Of a stretch of 64,000 nt of DNA, positions 25,201 through 38,614 are shown in pieces. This DNA comes from Antedon mediterranea (taxonomy: Eukaryota; Animalia; Echinodermata), in contig NC_092679.1 of NCBI RefSeq assembly GCF_964355755.1, positions 12,941,432-13,005,431 on the forward strand. Direction: 5' to 3'. The notes under the pieces were generated by a model. It searched no databases and was not told where the DNA came from. It saw nothing but the letters and a program-made list of their open reading frames with translations. A program made the position numbers and the translations under genes. Numbering within the stretch: position 1 is the stretch's first letter; each line of letters starts with the position of its first letter.

Positions 25201-27812
25201 TCTCTGGTAAAAATGTTCATATTATAATATTATAATTTCACAAAACAATAACTGTTCATAGTAAGGCTATAAATTGAAAATTGTAATATTATATATATAT
25301 ATATATGTATCCTATCGCAAACAAACAATAATAGTTCGAGAACGAACACATTATAATTTACAACTAAGTGCATATTTGCCATTTGATTAATTTTGTATCA
25401 CGTGCCGTTATTGCGGTAACAATTCCTTAAAATACGATTCTATGATTAATTGTTGTGCAACGCGAGGTTGGTCGTTCGAAAGCCAACCTTTAGGCCTAGT
25501 GTGCGCTGTCTGTAGGAGCAAACCTAACCGTTTTACTCCGTGGTCAAAATCGGACCGCTACCGTATATTTTGGAATGGCCTAGATGAAATCGCCAGATTA
25601 ATCAAAAAGATTAACTTTACTTCATGAAAAAAATTTAGATAATTATTTAGAGAGCGTTTAGTATACACCAAGCGCTAATGATAGTATCAATTCTATTGAG
25701 AAAATTAGAAGGTTGTTTGCCTAAAATGCAGTATCTTCTACGTTTCAAGTGGTTGTTGACACATCTCTTAAAACAGCAAATGAAAGACTTGTGTAGAAGC
25801 ATAATTTCATTTTTATGTGTTATGATAACATCATAAGCAGATAATAATAATATGGAAACTCTTCATACGTCGTCTGCGTTTAATGAACACTTTAGTGGGC
25901 ATTCCAAATATTATCATTATTTTCATTTACGTTAGATGTTATGGAATTAATTTGAGATAAAGGAAATTAACATGATCTTTAATCGTAACCGTAATCGTAA
26001 CTGCATTCATTTCTAACATTATTAGAAAATCACAATCGATCGTTATGTAGGCTACTTTATGTATGTCCCTTATGTACAGAGCATAGTTTCTACAACATGA
26101 TCAATGAACTTCAACAAGAATAACAGTATTAGATTTGCTAAGAAAAATAGTAACGGTAATGAATCATGTAAATAGTTCTATCAATGTCATTAACATTGCC
26201 TTTTAAGTAAGATGATTATAAAGCGCTTTAAGGTACCGTATTGTTTAAAGGTGCATATTGATTATATGAACACCTTACCATATTTCACAGATAATCTGCT
26301 TACATTTTCCCTTTTTGCTAATCAATAATGACAACGAACCCAATGACGTCCCGTTTATACTACCATGGAGAAATAATTTCTCCATGATACTACGGACGAT
26401 TAAAAACGATGATACATATACTTACATAGGACTTACAAGAAACAAAACTATTTTTAGCCAGAACTATCGTGGGGATACAACGATTGTATATTTATTGATC
26501 ATGACATATAAATATTAATTTATCAAAGACAGCATAAATGATTATCCTATAGTTCTTAGAGGATAACGCTTTCGATATTTCATATTTATCTAGTTAATCT
26601 AATCTCACCTTATCTAATAGGCAATTTGATTAATAACTTACGAAAGTAGACTAATTAATGTCAAATAAACCACGTGAATTGTTATTTATTCCGTAAGCAC
26701 TTCAATATTTTTAGTATTTTGGTATAGGCCTACAATAGTATAAGTTCTAGAAAAGGTAAAAACCAACGAACAGCTAAATAGATTCGTACTTTATTTACAC
26801 ATCTCTGGCTTGTTACAATAGCACAACGGATATCTGACTCGATTCCGTATTCACAGTGACGACGGATCCAGATCTTTATCTCTATTAATGCCCATTATAC
26901 TTTATTACATCAATAATATTATTCAAGCATAACGGATTGTAACTTTCGCCATCACAGTTCCTTCTACTGTATTATGTATTGTTACTTGTAAAGGATTTAA
27001 ATAACTAGCAGAGAAGCTGCCTTTACGGCGATTAAAAACACATGTTTTGTTCAGAATGCAGGTTATTGACTGTGTGTTTTTTTTTAAATTAAACTTATCC
27101 AGTAATGTTAGAAGGGATCATACAGTAGAGATAGATATGTAGAAACAGGAATTATGATCAGAATATAATCATGCTAAATTGTTCTATGTTCGTCTGTAAT
27201 TCGCCTATGTTAAATAGTTTTAGATTTAGTCATTTATTTAGTTAGCATAGGTGCTGTACAGAAAATGCACGATGGCCATATGACTTAAAGTGGAGCTTTA
27301 GCCTACTCAGCAGACTTTCTCAGCTTATTTTATGTTTAAGTAGGTTTAATTGAAAGCGATTATATAAAAAACGGGGAAAATATGGCAATATTAAAAAATA
27401 AACTAATTTCTAAAAAATAGTGTTTTTTAATACATTACACGATTTAAGTTTACAATACACTTGGCGACTGACGCGTTTTAGTGAATGTTGAACGCGTTGG
27501 TGTAATGTCTACCCTTTGGTAAATTATAGTGTCGAAAAATGGCGAAACAATATTTGATACACACAATTAATGCGATTTGTTTAGTCTCAAGTAATATTTC
27601 AGATATGTCAGTATCAAATTTACATATAACATCATGATTTGCACTGCAACAATAGCATAATCTTAATCAAATTGCTTATTAATTTTAAGCTAGGCCTAGC
27701 TAGGCCGTCTACTCAGCCTAGCTAGCTAATTCATGTCTAGGCCTATTCATCGGTTCGAAAAGACTTGGTCGTTTCGCACCATTTATCGTTCCTTGGTTTT
27801 CTCACACATTAA

Positions 27813-28098
27813 AGATGTATTGTCCCCTGAAAAAATAATTCTTAAAAAATTGTTGTTGAATATTCCATTTTAATGTAACATAATAGTTATCCACAAAATA
27901 TGGATCGAAAAAAAATGTATTTACCTGAAAAAATGTAATTTAAAACAAAAAATAGTCAAATTGGCTGCCAGCCAATGAATTTTAACATATATTTTGTCAT
28001 TTTATAAGTGAAAACATGATTTTTTTTTCTATTGACGTAGTTAACTTTATTAAAACTGCAAAATAACATATTTAAAGTCTGATTTAATTAATCTTCAT
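27813..28098 (-). mobile_element. Kolobok-like MITE, truncated copy
   Basis: TTAA|AGATGTATTGTCCCC terminus; reverse-complement match to 45412-45754; last ~30 bp replaced by LINE sequence. Confidence 0.8.
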
Positions 28099-28100
28099 CT

Positions 28101-28330
28101 TTCAAGATTCAAGATTCAATTTATTGTCACATAATATTACATAGGCCAGTACATGAAATTTGTTTACCTGAGCTTAGAAAAATAGATACAATATAATTTA
28201 AAACACAACATAAAAACGTACGTTAATTATCTTGAAAAATGTACATTATATAGATGACAAGCTTATTATATAAGGATCTATATACTGTAATGTACATTTT
28301 TCAAGATAATTAGTTAAGTACGTAGATAGA
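28101..28330 (-). mobile_element. 3' end of a LINE with (CTTGAAT)n tail
   Basis: Minus strand ends GTGACAATAAATTGAATCTTGAATCTTGAAA; different from the 3' UTR and tail of the adjacent plus-strand LINE. Confidence 0.6.
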
Positions 28331-28364
28331 TGTACTATAAAATGTAGGAGGCCATAATATATAT

Positions 28365-31113
28365 ATAAACACATTATCATGGTATAGACCCCCAAATTCT
28401 GATATGCAGATCTTTGAGAGAATAGAAAAAGTACTAGAGAATGTTGAAAGTACAAATTTAGAATATATGATAATTGGGGATGTAAATTGTGACACTCATT
28501 CTAAAAACCTATCTTGTTATACTAAAAAATTAATTGATATTGCTAAAAATTTTCATCTAACTCAATTAATAACTGAGCCAACGAGAATCACAGAAAATAG
28601 TAGTACTTTAATAGACCATATTTACACAACAGTTCCTAATAGTATCTCCAAATCAGGTGTTTTACATACAGGTATCAGTGACCATTCTGCTATCTATGTA
28701 ATTGTTGGTAAACAAGAAAAGTGTAAAGCTCATAAGCATAAATATAAAACAAGTAGAAACTACAAACATTTTAATGAAAATGAATTTAAAAGGGATATTG
28801 AAAAAATAAACTGGCAAGAAATTCAACATTATAATGATATTGATGACGCTACATATTTTTTCGAATCTAATTTTCTTAAAATTGCTAATGATTATGCCCC
28901 GCTAAAAAAGAAGAGGGTGCGAAACAAAACTAGTCCTTGGCTAACAGATGATCTAGTTAGGTCTATGCGTGAGCGTGATGTACTAAAAAAGAAAGCATCT
29001 AAAACTAATACACCTGAAATGTGGGCTCAATACAAACTAAGTAAAAATAAGGTAAATGCTGAAATAAAGAAATGTAAAAAAGAATATTTTTCTAAACAAT
29101 TAGAAACAAAAGATTCAAAGAAAATATGGGAAACTTTAAGATATATTGTCCCAGCAAAGAGTATAAACACTGAAATATCAAACTTAAAAACAAATGATAA
29201 CAAACTAACAGCAGACTCTTCTAAAATAGCCAACAATTTAAACAAATATTTTTCTAAAATAGGACCTGACCTTGCAAAAAACATCCCACCAGAAATTCCT
29301 AGATTACTTATTGTAAATAATACTAATCAAAGTAGGGACCTACTTAAATTTAGTTTTGTTAATCAGGAATATATTTATAAACAATTAAACGCACTCGATG
29401 TTAGTAAAGCGACAGGCTTAGATGAGCTTCCAGCTAAAATGCTGAAGTTGGTTATTGATCAAATCGTTGGACCTCTCACTTATTTGGTAAATCTCTCACT
29501 CTCAACCAGTACTTTTCCAAAAAGATGGAAATGTGCCAAAATATGCCCAGTGTTTAAGGGGGGAGATAGGACTGAAGCTAGCAACTACAGACCCATATCA
29601 ATTTTACCGATTCTTTCTAAAATTATCGAGAGGGTTGTATTTGATCAGGTCTATCAATTTATTAACTCAAAAAATATGATTTTTGCTTACCAATCAGGAT
29701 TTCGTCCTAATTTCTCTACTGTATCTTCATTATTAAACATTACAGAAGATTGGATAAATGATATTGATTGTGGGAAGTATATAGGTTTAGTCATGCTTGA
29801 TCTGAAAAAAGCTTTCGACACGGTAGACCATACCATACTTATAGACAAGCTTAAATCATTTAACTTAGATGTCTCTATTATAAATTGGTTTAAAGACTAT
29901 CTTTGTGATCGTACGCACTTAACACAAGTAAATGGTGTCCGATCAGATAAATGCTATAGTAATTGTGGAATCCCCCAAGGATCAATTTTGGGACCACTCT
30001 TATTTATACTTTATGTAAATGATCTACCAAAGCATGTAAATAGTGTACAGATTAGTATGTATGCAGATGATACAGCTCTTTACTTTGCATCTTCTGATAT
30101 AAATGAAGTACTTGCAAAAATTAATGAAGATTTAAAAAAAATCAAATCATGGCTAGCAAGTAACAAGCTTAGTCTAAATGTAAATAAAACTCAGTGTATG
30201 TTTATAGGAACACAACAAAGGCTTGCAAAATTAGCAAACATTGATCTAAATTTAAACATAGACAATGTTCGGCTACAAAGAGTAAAAAGCTGTAAACATC
30301 TAGGTGTTGTTATTGATGAATATTTACTGTGGGATAAACAAATAGATAATGTTAAAAGTAAAGTATTGCCAGGCTTGTACTACTTAAAAAAATCTTCAAA
30401 TCTCGTCCCAAAACATGTATCTTGCTTAATGTATAATAGTATTATCTCTCCACAGTTTAACTATTGTAATATTGTGTGGGGCAGATCAAATAAAAAAAAT
30501 ACTAATAAACTACAAATGCTACAAAACAGAGCAGCCAAAATTATTACAAAAACAAGGAAATACGACTCAAGTACACAAGCCCTGCAAAACTTAAACTGGA
30601 TAAATCTTAATACTCAACTACATAATAATGAAGCCAAAATGTTATATAAAATATTCCATAATCAAGCACCACCATATCTAAACGAACTATTTACACCCAA
30701 ACTAGACACATACAATACAAGATCAAAGGATGTATTAAAATTGAATAAACCCAAAACAGAATATAAAAAAAAAAGTTTTTCATATCATGGTGCTAGTTTA
30801 TGGAATACTCTAAAAAAACCAATGCAAAATGCCACAAATTTGAATACTTTCAAAAAATTATTGGTGTGATTTATTATTTATTTTGTACTCTTATCACAAA
30901 TGTAATTAAGGTTTCTGTTCATATATTTTTGTTCTCTAATTTGTTATTTTTAAAATTTGTTATTTTTAAAATTTGTTATTTTAAAAATTTGTTATTTTTA
31001 AATGTGTAATGTACTACTGTTAGTTGATCACGGCCTTGTAGAAGAACACCTTTATGGTGACACAAGCTTTTCCGTGTTAAAATAAAGTATTTATTATTAT
31101 TATTATTATTATT
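28365..31113 (+). mobile_element. 5'-truncated L2/Crack/CR1-group LINE, recent insertion
   Basis: Homology starts at SWYRPPNS (~28378); open ORF2 to 28404-30869; 3' UTR with a triple TTGTTATTTT(T)AAAAT repeat, short stem-loop (CACC-TTTAT-GGTG), AATAAA and (TAT)n tail at 31090-31113. Confidence 0.95.
28404..30869 (+). CDS. LINE ORF2 (partial APE endonuclease + reverse transcriptase), 821 aa uninterrupted
   Basis: GDVNCD, PTR, LIDH, SDH (APE); KATGLD, NYRPISIL, QSGFR, DLKKAFDTVDH, GIPQGSILGPLLF, YADD, KHLGV (RT). Confidence 0.95.
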   Translation: MQIFERIEKVLENVESTNLEYMIIGDVNCDTHSKNLSCYTKKLIDIAKNFHLTQLITEPTRITENSSTLIDHIYTTVPNSISKSGVLHTGISDHSAIYVIVGKQEKCKAHKHKYKTSRNYKHFNENEFKRDIEKINWQEIQHYNDIDDATYFFESNFLKIANDYAPLKKKRVRNKTSPWLTDDLVRSMRERDVLKKKASKTNTPEMWAQYKLSKNKVNAEIKKCKKEYFSKQLETKDSKKIWETLRYIVPAKSINTEISNLKTNDNKLTADSSKIANNLNKYFSKIGPDLAKNIPPEIPRLLIVNNTNQSRDLLKFSFVNQEYIYKQLNALDVSKATGLDELPAKMLKLVIDQIVGPLTYLVNLSLSTSTFPKRWKCAKICPVFKGGDRTEASNYRPISILPILSKIIERVVFDQVYQFINSKNMIFAYQSGFRPNFSTVSSLLNITEDWINDIDCGKYIGLVMLDLKKAFDTVDHTILIDKLKSFNLDVSIINWFKDYLCDRTHLTQVNGVRSDKCYSNCGIPQGSILGPLLFILYVNDLPKHVNSVQISMYADDTALYFASSDINEVLAKINEDLKKIKSWLASNKLSLNVNKTQCMFIGTQQRLAKLANIDLNLNIDNVRLQRVKSCKHLGVVIDEYLLWDKQIDNVKSKVLPGLYYLKKSSNLVPKHVSCLMYNSIISPQFNYCNIVWGRSNKKNTNKLQMLQNRAAKIITKTRKYDSSTQALQNLNWINLNTQLHNNEAKMLYKIFHNQAPPYLNELFTPKLDTYNTRSKDVLKLNKPKTEYKKKSFSYHGASLWNTLKKPMQNATNLNTFKKLLV

Positions 31114-33668
31114 AGGCAATGAACATTAATTCGAAACCGCCCGGTGATATACGACCATAATATATATATATATATTTATACAATTCAACCTGTTTTTCAT
31201 TATCGTCGTGGTATTTAAACTATTAAAAATATACTTATAATTCATATTCAAAATAAAACTGTCCATTTTCGCAGAATTCTAATTGTCGAACAGCAATACT
31301 GGTCAGTCTTAATTCTACCGTCTAGCTTGAATTACTACGACGATACAAATTTTATATAATTACGAGCTTAATAATTGCTGTCCATCTTATTTTGAATCAA
31401 ATTTGTCAACTGTCAATACATATAATAATGGAGAAGTAGTTTTATATTTCGACTAAATTACTTTCATAAAATCAGTTCAGACACGAATTATCATGTAAAC
31501 AGCCTAACAAAAATTATAAAATAAGTACGGTTTCTTAGGACATTTAGGAAAGAAGAAATATTTTAGGCATAAAAGCACTTAAAATCATTTGAAAGGGTAA
31601 CTTTGTATTCATTTTATTATATCCTTTAATATATAGAATCTATGTTATTTCTTATAACCATTAATACACAACGGACGGGTGGTTGTGCGGAAAGCCGCTC
31701 AGGATAGATATAGATTATACTCTGGGACAAGCACGCGGTTTCCGCTTACCGTTTATACAGCTCGTTTGTGTAAATTGGCCTTTATACATACATAAATAAC
31801 ATGACGATACACACGATATAATTCAAGTAGATTAACAATTAGCTTAGGCCTATTTCTTTTGCAATCACGGTTTTACTTAAAATACCATAAAGTAATTTTG
31901 AACAAAATTATTAATGGCGAAAAAATAGCACCCCAAACGGTTTGATATGATTGGATATCCTACTCGATTCTAGACGTATGTTCGCCATTTTTCTTTTCCT
32001 ATAATAAAAGTCATCATATATTTGAATCGATTCATCACTGCTAACTATGCGTATTCTACGAATAGTGGAAATAAAGGAACGTGATTTTTCCCGAGAGGCG
32101 ATTTTCAATAAAAGCTTTATTGTTTTGTTTGCTAAAAATGTAGGTCTACTACATTTCGTCTGCAGTTAAAGTTTATGTTAAATCAAGATTTGATATCCAT
32201 TAAGAAATAAGATTATTCCAACAATTTTAATATTTTTTTTACTGAATCTCAGAATAGTTAAAAAATAATTAGTATTATATAAATGTATTTCTTTGTATTT
32301 CTTTCTAGCATTGCATCTAAAATCCCACTAAAACAGTTCCAATATAGCAAATGACGCTTTCTTCATATTATTTTAATTCATACAATAAAAATGTTATTAC
32401 TATTAACTCCAGTTGTTGAACAAAAGCTTGTCTGTCTTTTCTCAAAAACATTTTATTATAATTAGGCGTGTGGTAATATTTAATCGTAGCCATTGCTCGA
32501 TGCCTAAGCATAGTAAAAATACATGCATGATTGTCTCATTGACAAATTCTTGGAAATTTAAGCTTGATTTTTGGTAGAATTTCCAAATTTAAATGTGCCT
32601 TCTTTATCAATTACCTTTGTGCAAGGTAAAAGCTTCAAACTGAATGATCTACCGAATGTTCTTAGTATTACTTATAATTATCGTTAGCTTCTGTAACCAT
32701 CGGAGTTCAGTACGATGCACCCAAAGTAGAACACACTTAACAGTAGCACATATTGATTCCTTTGCATGGAAACGCTCTATTGCATAAAGTAGTTATATAA
32801 GCGACAGGTTTTTGTGAAATACCTACACTTTTATATATATTTATTTTTTTCTATCTTTTGATAGTAAGTCATCTAGGCCTACAGTAAACAAATGAAAGTG
32901 GGCCACATGACTCAGTGCTTAATTCCAGTACTTAATCAGCAGCTAATCTAGTATTATCAAGGGTTACTACTAAAATAGAATGCACCTCAATAAAACATTT
33001 AAGTACTAGTGTTTCAATGATTATTAGGTTAAATTGTTAATATGTACTACTATTTACTATTTGTACAAGTCCTTTAAGTAAAATATTATCCTTATACCTA
33101 GGCCTATGTGATAACGGTAAAATCATTGCTGAGATTGGACTTCAGAGACAGGATATCAGGCAGTAGTATCCTTTTTAGTTCATAGTTCCCTGTAAAATAT
33201 GGTTATTCCGATATAGTTACCCTTTATTTCCAAAAACATAAACAAGCTGTGGTTACTAAATTCAAGTAGTCTATCAAAATGTAAAGAATTTATAACTCTG
33301 TGTTGAATTTCTCATCAGTATCATTGGATTCTATAAAACAGAAATGTATATTTTTATGCAATATGATTTGATTGTTGAAACCGACCGAACTAATGAGAAT
33401 TAAGCTAATAAAATTGGCTAAAATGTCATAAAAAAACATATTAAAAAAAAAAAGAGTAAGTAGACATTGTATATGAGGAATAGGCCTAAGTGGATTTGAA
33501 TATGCGAATACAAGTTTGTAGAATTATATAATAGAGTATGTGGTAAAAATACCCACGCAAATGTAAACACTTTGCCAGTTAAACGTTCTGATCAAATACA
33601 ACATCGTCCAATACTTTTTATTTTCTGACCAGTAACAATATTTGGTAATATGATAGGTAGAAGTCAGT

Positions 33669-33737
33669 GGAGCTGTAGCTTGGTGGTTTAGATGATTGAT
33701 TACCGATCTCAGGTTTCTGGGTTCAAATCCTGTCATA
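33669..33737 (+). mobile_element. tRNA-derived SINE head
   Basis: A box TAGCTTGGTGG and B box GGTTCAAATCC at tRNA-like spacing; stems degenerate; lies between direct repeats TCTGACCAGTAAC.ATATTTG at ~33624 and ~33810. Confidence 0.55.
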
Positions 33738-34481
33738 ATGGCAGAGAAGACCGACTATGTGGCCATATGGCCTCTCCAGGCAACTTGTCTCTAAACTGTC
33801 ATACTTTAATCTGACCAGTAACTATATTTGCTAATATTGTCCAAGAAATGGTCACATGATTGCCTCTAATTTACCATTAACCATATTTGGATATTTTTTA
33901 TTTTAAATTTTCCAAGAAATGCATGGTCCTATTCTTTCTTTAATATCTGATCAGTAACCCTTACTCAGCCATTGAATAATATAAACGGAATGGACCAAAC
34001 TTACTTAGCTTTTAAAGGATCTCTTCTAAACATTAAATGTAGGCCTAATTTATCTCTCATATTCCACCTAATAATTACCTCTTTAATTGTATGGCCTGTA
34101 ATAATTAAATATTTGGTGATTGTCCATCAACGGTTCTATTCTGCATCTTAAATTTCATATTTAGTAGCCATTGAATATTTTATAAACGTCACCAAATAGA
34201 CACAATGCATCCATTAACCTTTATATTATATAAGTATTCTAACCATATGTCATTACATGTAGCCTACGTTCCCTGTATTATTCCAATTACCTCTTTAATT
34301 CATCACCATTAACTATGGTTCATGCCGAGCTACACCAAATGAATGAATCCAACTTCATTGATTACATAATGTTAGTCACGCTTAGTGAATGCCTTTTGAT
34401 TTCTTAGTATTTAGCAAACAGTTAAATATACACTATTGTAAAAGAATGTGTAAAACACACTGTCTGTTCTCTCTGTTGCAG

Positions 34482-34519
34482 CAACAATAAGAGGTATCGA
34501 TTGCTTGGAAACCTTAATG
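34482..34519 (+). other. Candidate 5' UTR exon of the globin gene
   Basis: Strong acceptor tgttctctctgttgcag and donor G|gtaagt; a further acceptor ttttcatcaacag at 35512 lies 190 nt upstream of the globin ATG. Confidence 0.45.
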
Positions 34520-35702
34520 GTAAGTAATTTCTTCACGTTTTTATAGCTAAATCAATATTCTGTAAAAGTATTAATTTAAATGAAGAACTGTTTAAAATGT
34601 AGAACTGTTTTTTTTTTGCTAATGATGCTTTGCGTACAATTTGAAGTAGATGTACGTAATGTACATGAACACACTTACGGCATCATGAACTGTAGGTGAA
34701 ATAAAAATCAATCAATCATTATTTGAATACACATACTTTTGTGTTCAAACTAATGGTTTGGAAACTGTTACTATAATAGCTTTACTAAAAACTCATTGAC
34801 AAAAAATGAATATACTATTTCATTATTTATTATAATTAAGATTCAGGTTACAAATTATTTCAAAGTTCTCGCGGCCTAGATAACATACTATCTGAAGTAA
34901 CCTCTTATTATTACTGAAAAATAAAATAACTCCATTAATATCATCTCGTCGTCTGCTTTATCAAAACTTAGTAAATTACAATTTTGATAGTATACCTTAC
35001 ACTAGTGTCGCGTGTTTTGATTCTGACTCATTCTGACAGTTTTCATTTATTTAGTTAATTTTTAAGTACAGTTTGAGTTTCAAGTCATATTTTAACAGTA
35101 ATTCTTTTGTTGATCACGGAATTTGTGGAGTCTTTATTTATTATTTAAAAAAAAAATGAATTAGTGTATGTAGACTTACCATTTTAAACATGTATATCCT
35201 GTGTCCATACTGCAGTGCTTCTCCCACGGTTTTTAAATAAAAATAATCCAAGATTCGAAAAAGCCCAGTCAAATGAAATTAAATGTTACTGTGTATATTT
35301 GTGTATATGTTTAAACAAATCAATTACATTTTAAAACTTGTTATCTATCTTTCTTGTTTAGATGTATCGAATCAAGTAAAAAACGGTATGCATATTGCAG
35401 TAAGCTAAGTGAATAGCCTATAGCTGAAATTTGCTAACATTATGGATAGTCGCCATTCTTTTCATTATAATAATACACAGTTTGAGACAGTTTTATAGCT
35501 TTTCATCAACAGGAAAATATGGTATAATACTCGGAGATAACCAACAATAATTGATTACCATCTAAAGGAAATTACTTGTTTTGTTTATGGACATAAAACA
35601 TGAAATAAAAGGATGTCTTTATAATAAAATAAACATTGGCCTAACACAGTGAAGATAATTTTCCATTTTGGCGACAAAAGATTGTAAATAAGACAATATA
35701 TT

Positions 35703-35887
35703 ATGGGGTGTACCTCTTCAGTTGAGAAGGGTAGAAACTCCAACACGCCGTTCAACGATACACCAATCAAACAAGCGCCTGTTGACAAGCGACTACCATT
35801 TACTGCGCGTGACAAGTTTAGTCTTCAAAAATCATGGAAAGCAGTGCAAAGAAATTTAAACGAAGTAGGATCGGATGCTTTTTTAAG
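35703..35887 (+). CDS. Globin X-like (N-acylated globin), coding exon 1
   Basis: MGCTSS (Gly2 myristoylation, Cys3 palmitoylation, Ser6), linker, A helix FTARDKFSLQKSWKAV (Trp A12), B helix GSDAFL-R; phase-2 donor AG|gtaatt at B12.2. Confidence 0.9.
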
Positions 35888-36214
35888 GTAATTCAATATA
35901 TTTATTTGATTTTAATTATTCGGTCTTTTCTGTGAAAGTAATCTCCTCTCTTGTTCACAAATTTGGCCATACCAATTATTTATGACGTCACATTTAGTAT
36001 ACTGTCCAGTGGCCGAGAAGTTACGGCAGGGCCATACCGTAGCATTCAAACGGTACCGGATTCAAGATTCCTCAGAACATGGCTCTTCAGTTAGAATTGA
36101 AAACGTACAATAATGTACACATCGGTTACTTTAATAAGTGTAAATGGTCCATCAGCCTATGTCATTATTCATAGGAGCTGTAGGTACTCTGGCTGCCGCG
36201 GGTCCTACAGTATA

Positions 36215-36342
36215 TAATACGGGTGAGCGGTTTAAGATAATGTACCCGTAATCCTTAGGCTTTATGGAAAAGGTTCGAGAGGCTCACTCACTTTGATGGT
36301 TCTGGTAGTAGAATGATTTTCTCGGTTAAAGACTATAAACCA
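36215..36342 (+). mobile_element. Decayed tRNA-derived SINE, possibly Meta-domain type
   Basis: A-box-like GGTGAGCGGT, B-box-like GGTTCGAGAG, then TTCTCGGTTAAAGACTATAAACC, resembling a conserved SINE central domain. Confidence 0.4.
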
Positions 36343-37506
36343 GTGTACACAACATTCTCTAGACTTGCCCCAAGTCTGTATTTATTGTCTTTTTTTAAAA
36401 TTTATTTGTTTTTATTTCGACCGCGATTTTTGTCTGAAAATACAAATATCCAAACTCAAGTAATACACGTATGAAACGCCATATGTGCAAAAATATTTAT
36501 ATTTATTTATATTTTTACAAAACTCCGTCTGGAGCCCAGACTAAACATTCTCGTGTGCATTTTTCGAGACGAGTAGTGGGATACTACCCCGGTGTACTAA
36601 CTAGCTCACACAGCCACTGCCGTAGACAGACATCATTATTATGAACAGAAGACATGTTTAGTGATGTAATTATGGTTAACAAGAGGTGTCTGTTCCGTCT
36701 TAATTTTGATGTTTCGGCTGAATCTGCAGCAGAGGACTATACCACAATCTATATCATAGAGGGCGTCATATCGAGTTCATAGAAACAGATAGCCTTACTT
36801 TGTTTCCAAAAAGCTGCGATAATGAGATAAAGAATGTAACAGATAACACTTATTTTGAAATACTCTAGAGTAAATCTCTTCTTCTTGTATTCAATGTTAC
36901 TCACGACTAGTCGTGTGCGTGTTGTAGTCGTAACGCTTTCTATTCAAACATAAGTAATGATGATGCTGAGAAATGACAATAGTGACAGCCATAATAATAG
37001 TCAAATATCTACCTCAATTTACCTTACAATACAAACTAATTTAAAGTGAAGAGCTGCTTCGACATTTACAATGCTCAATATCTAGCTCAAGTAACATCGC
37101 GCAGATAATTCAAATAATACTGTTTCCATGACAACATTATTAGTAATAATATTTCTATGTCATGTGAAGTTTATATCTCCTAACATGATATGAATTTCCC
37201 CGTTACTAAATTATTATAGAATTATTGTATAAAAGCATGATTAAATTAGAGTAAGTCTACTCTAAAAGTGAAAATTGTATAATATATTCTTCTTCTGAGA
37301 TATTTCAAGATACATACACAGTGGTCAAGGTAGATGCTCCCAAATCCATAGCCCACGCTTTTTCAAATTCATATCTCCTTCGTTTTCAGAAGTTCTCTAG
37401 ATTGTTACAATGTTTCTGCAAACTCTGATGTTTTAAAAGAGATCAGACAGGGAAGTCTACTTATAAGCATGAACTTAGTAGCTGTAATAGTAGCTTAATA
37501 ACCTGG

Positions 37507-37608
<102 letters not shown>

Positions 37609-38614
37609 GCACTAACCAAAATATTTATATCCGCATGGCGTGCTTCATTGAGAGCACGTTTTTTTATACCATTAGGTAGGCCTAATCGTCGGCCATGTCG
37701 GCCATATTTTCTGCATTACAATCAGGTCGTAGAGAGATCGTCATGAATTCACTAATTTAATGATAGTCTAATTGCAGGATAAGCTGTTGTCATATAAATA
37801 ATCAATATCCATAATTAGCCCTCTCAACAAAGGAGGAACGGTATTAATTAGCTTGACAGTTTGACTGTTCACATCCATCCATTACTTCTATAATTATATG
37901 CAAATATCATATAGGCAAGTTATATTATTCAGTTGTGTTTTTCTAAAAACAAGTCTTTCTAAAGAATCGCGCTGAATAGTAAAATAGTAGGTCTAATAGT
38001 CGGAATACGCACGACGGACAATCGCCATCAGTGTTTGATCTGATGTCATAGTCACATTTTAACTTTGTTTTACACAGGTCTTTTATGGCGTGCATATACA
38101 GTAGCACAAAACATTTAGTCATTACTAATTATTTGAATAACCATTGTCTGTGTTTTATCATCAGGAAAAACATCAATAATAAATAACAACTGATATATAG
38201 GCTATTACTTTCTTCTTACTAATTTACCATGTTCTAAGCATACTGAGTAAGTTACTTCAGCCTGTATTATTTGTAATTTGTCGCCCCCTACATAATATTA
38301 CTGATTCGTTTTTCGCCACCAACGACATATAAGTCTACACATCGATTTGGTTGTTAGCACTGTTGATCATCCAAAATTGACGGTTAATGTAATAGTACGG
38401 TATTAATATAGCCATATTATTGTTTATAAAAGAATAATTTTATTTTTATTTGACAAAACAATATGCTTAATGATAATTTGCTTATTGAACATTGTCTCGA
38501 CTGACGTCATTTAGTTCAGCAGGCTAAATTATATATTTCATTAAGCTATACTTACCGTAGGCCGTGGACTAAAAAATGTAAGCCCTCTATATTTTACGTG
38601 TATGCGTGTATTAT

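Noticed and set aside
33669-33737. Functional tRNA genes here and at 9419-9488
   Set aside because: A/B boxes are present but acceptor and anticodon stems do not pair; treated as SINE-derived.
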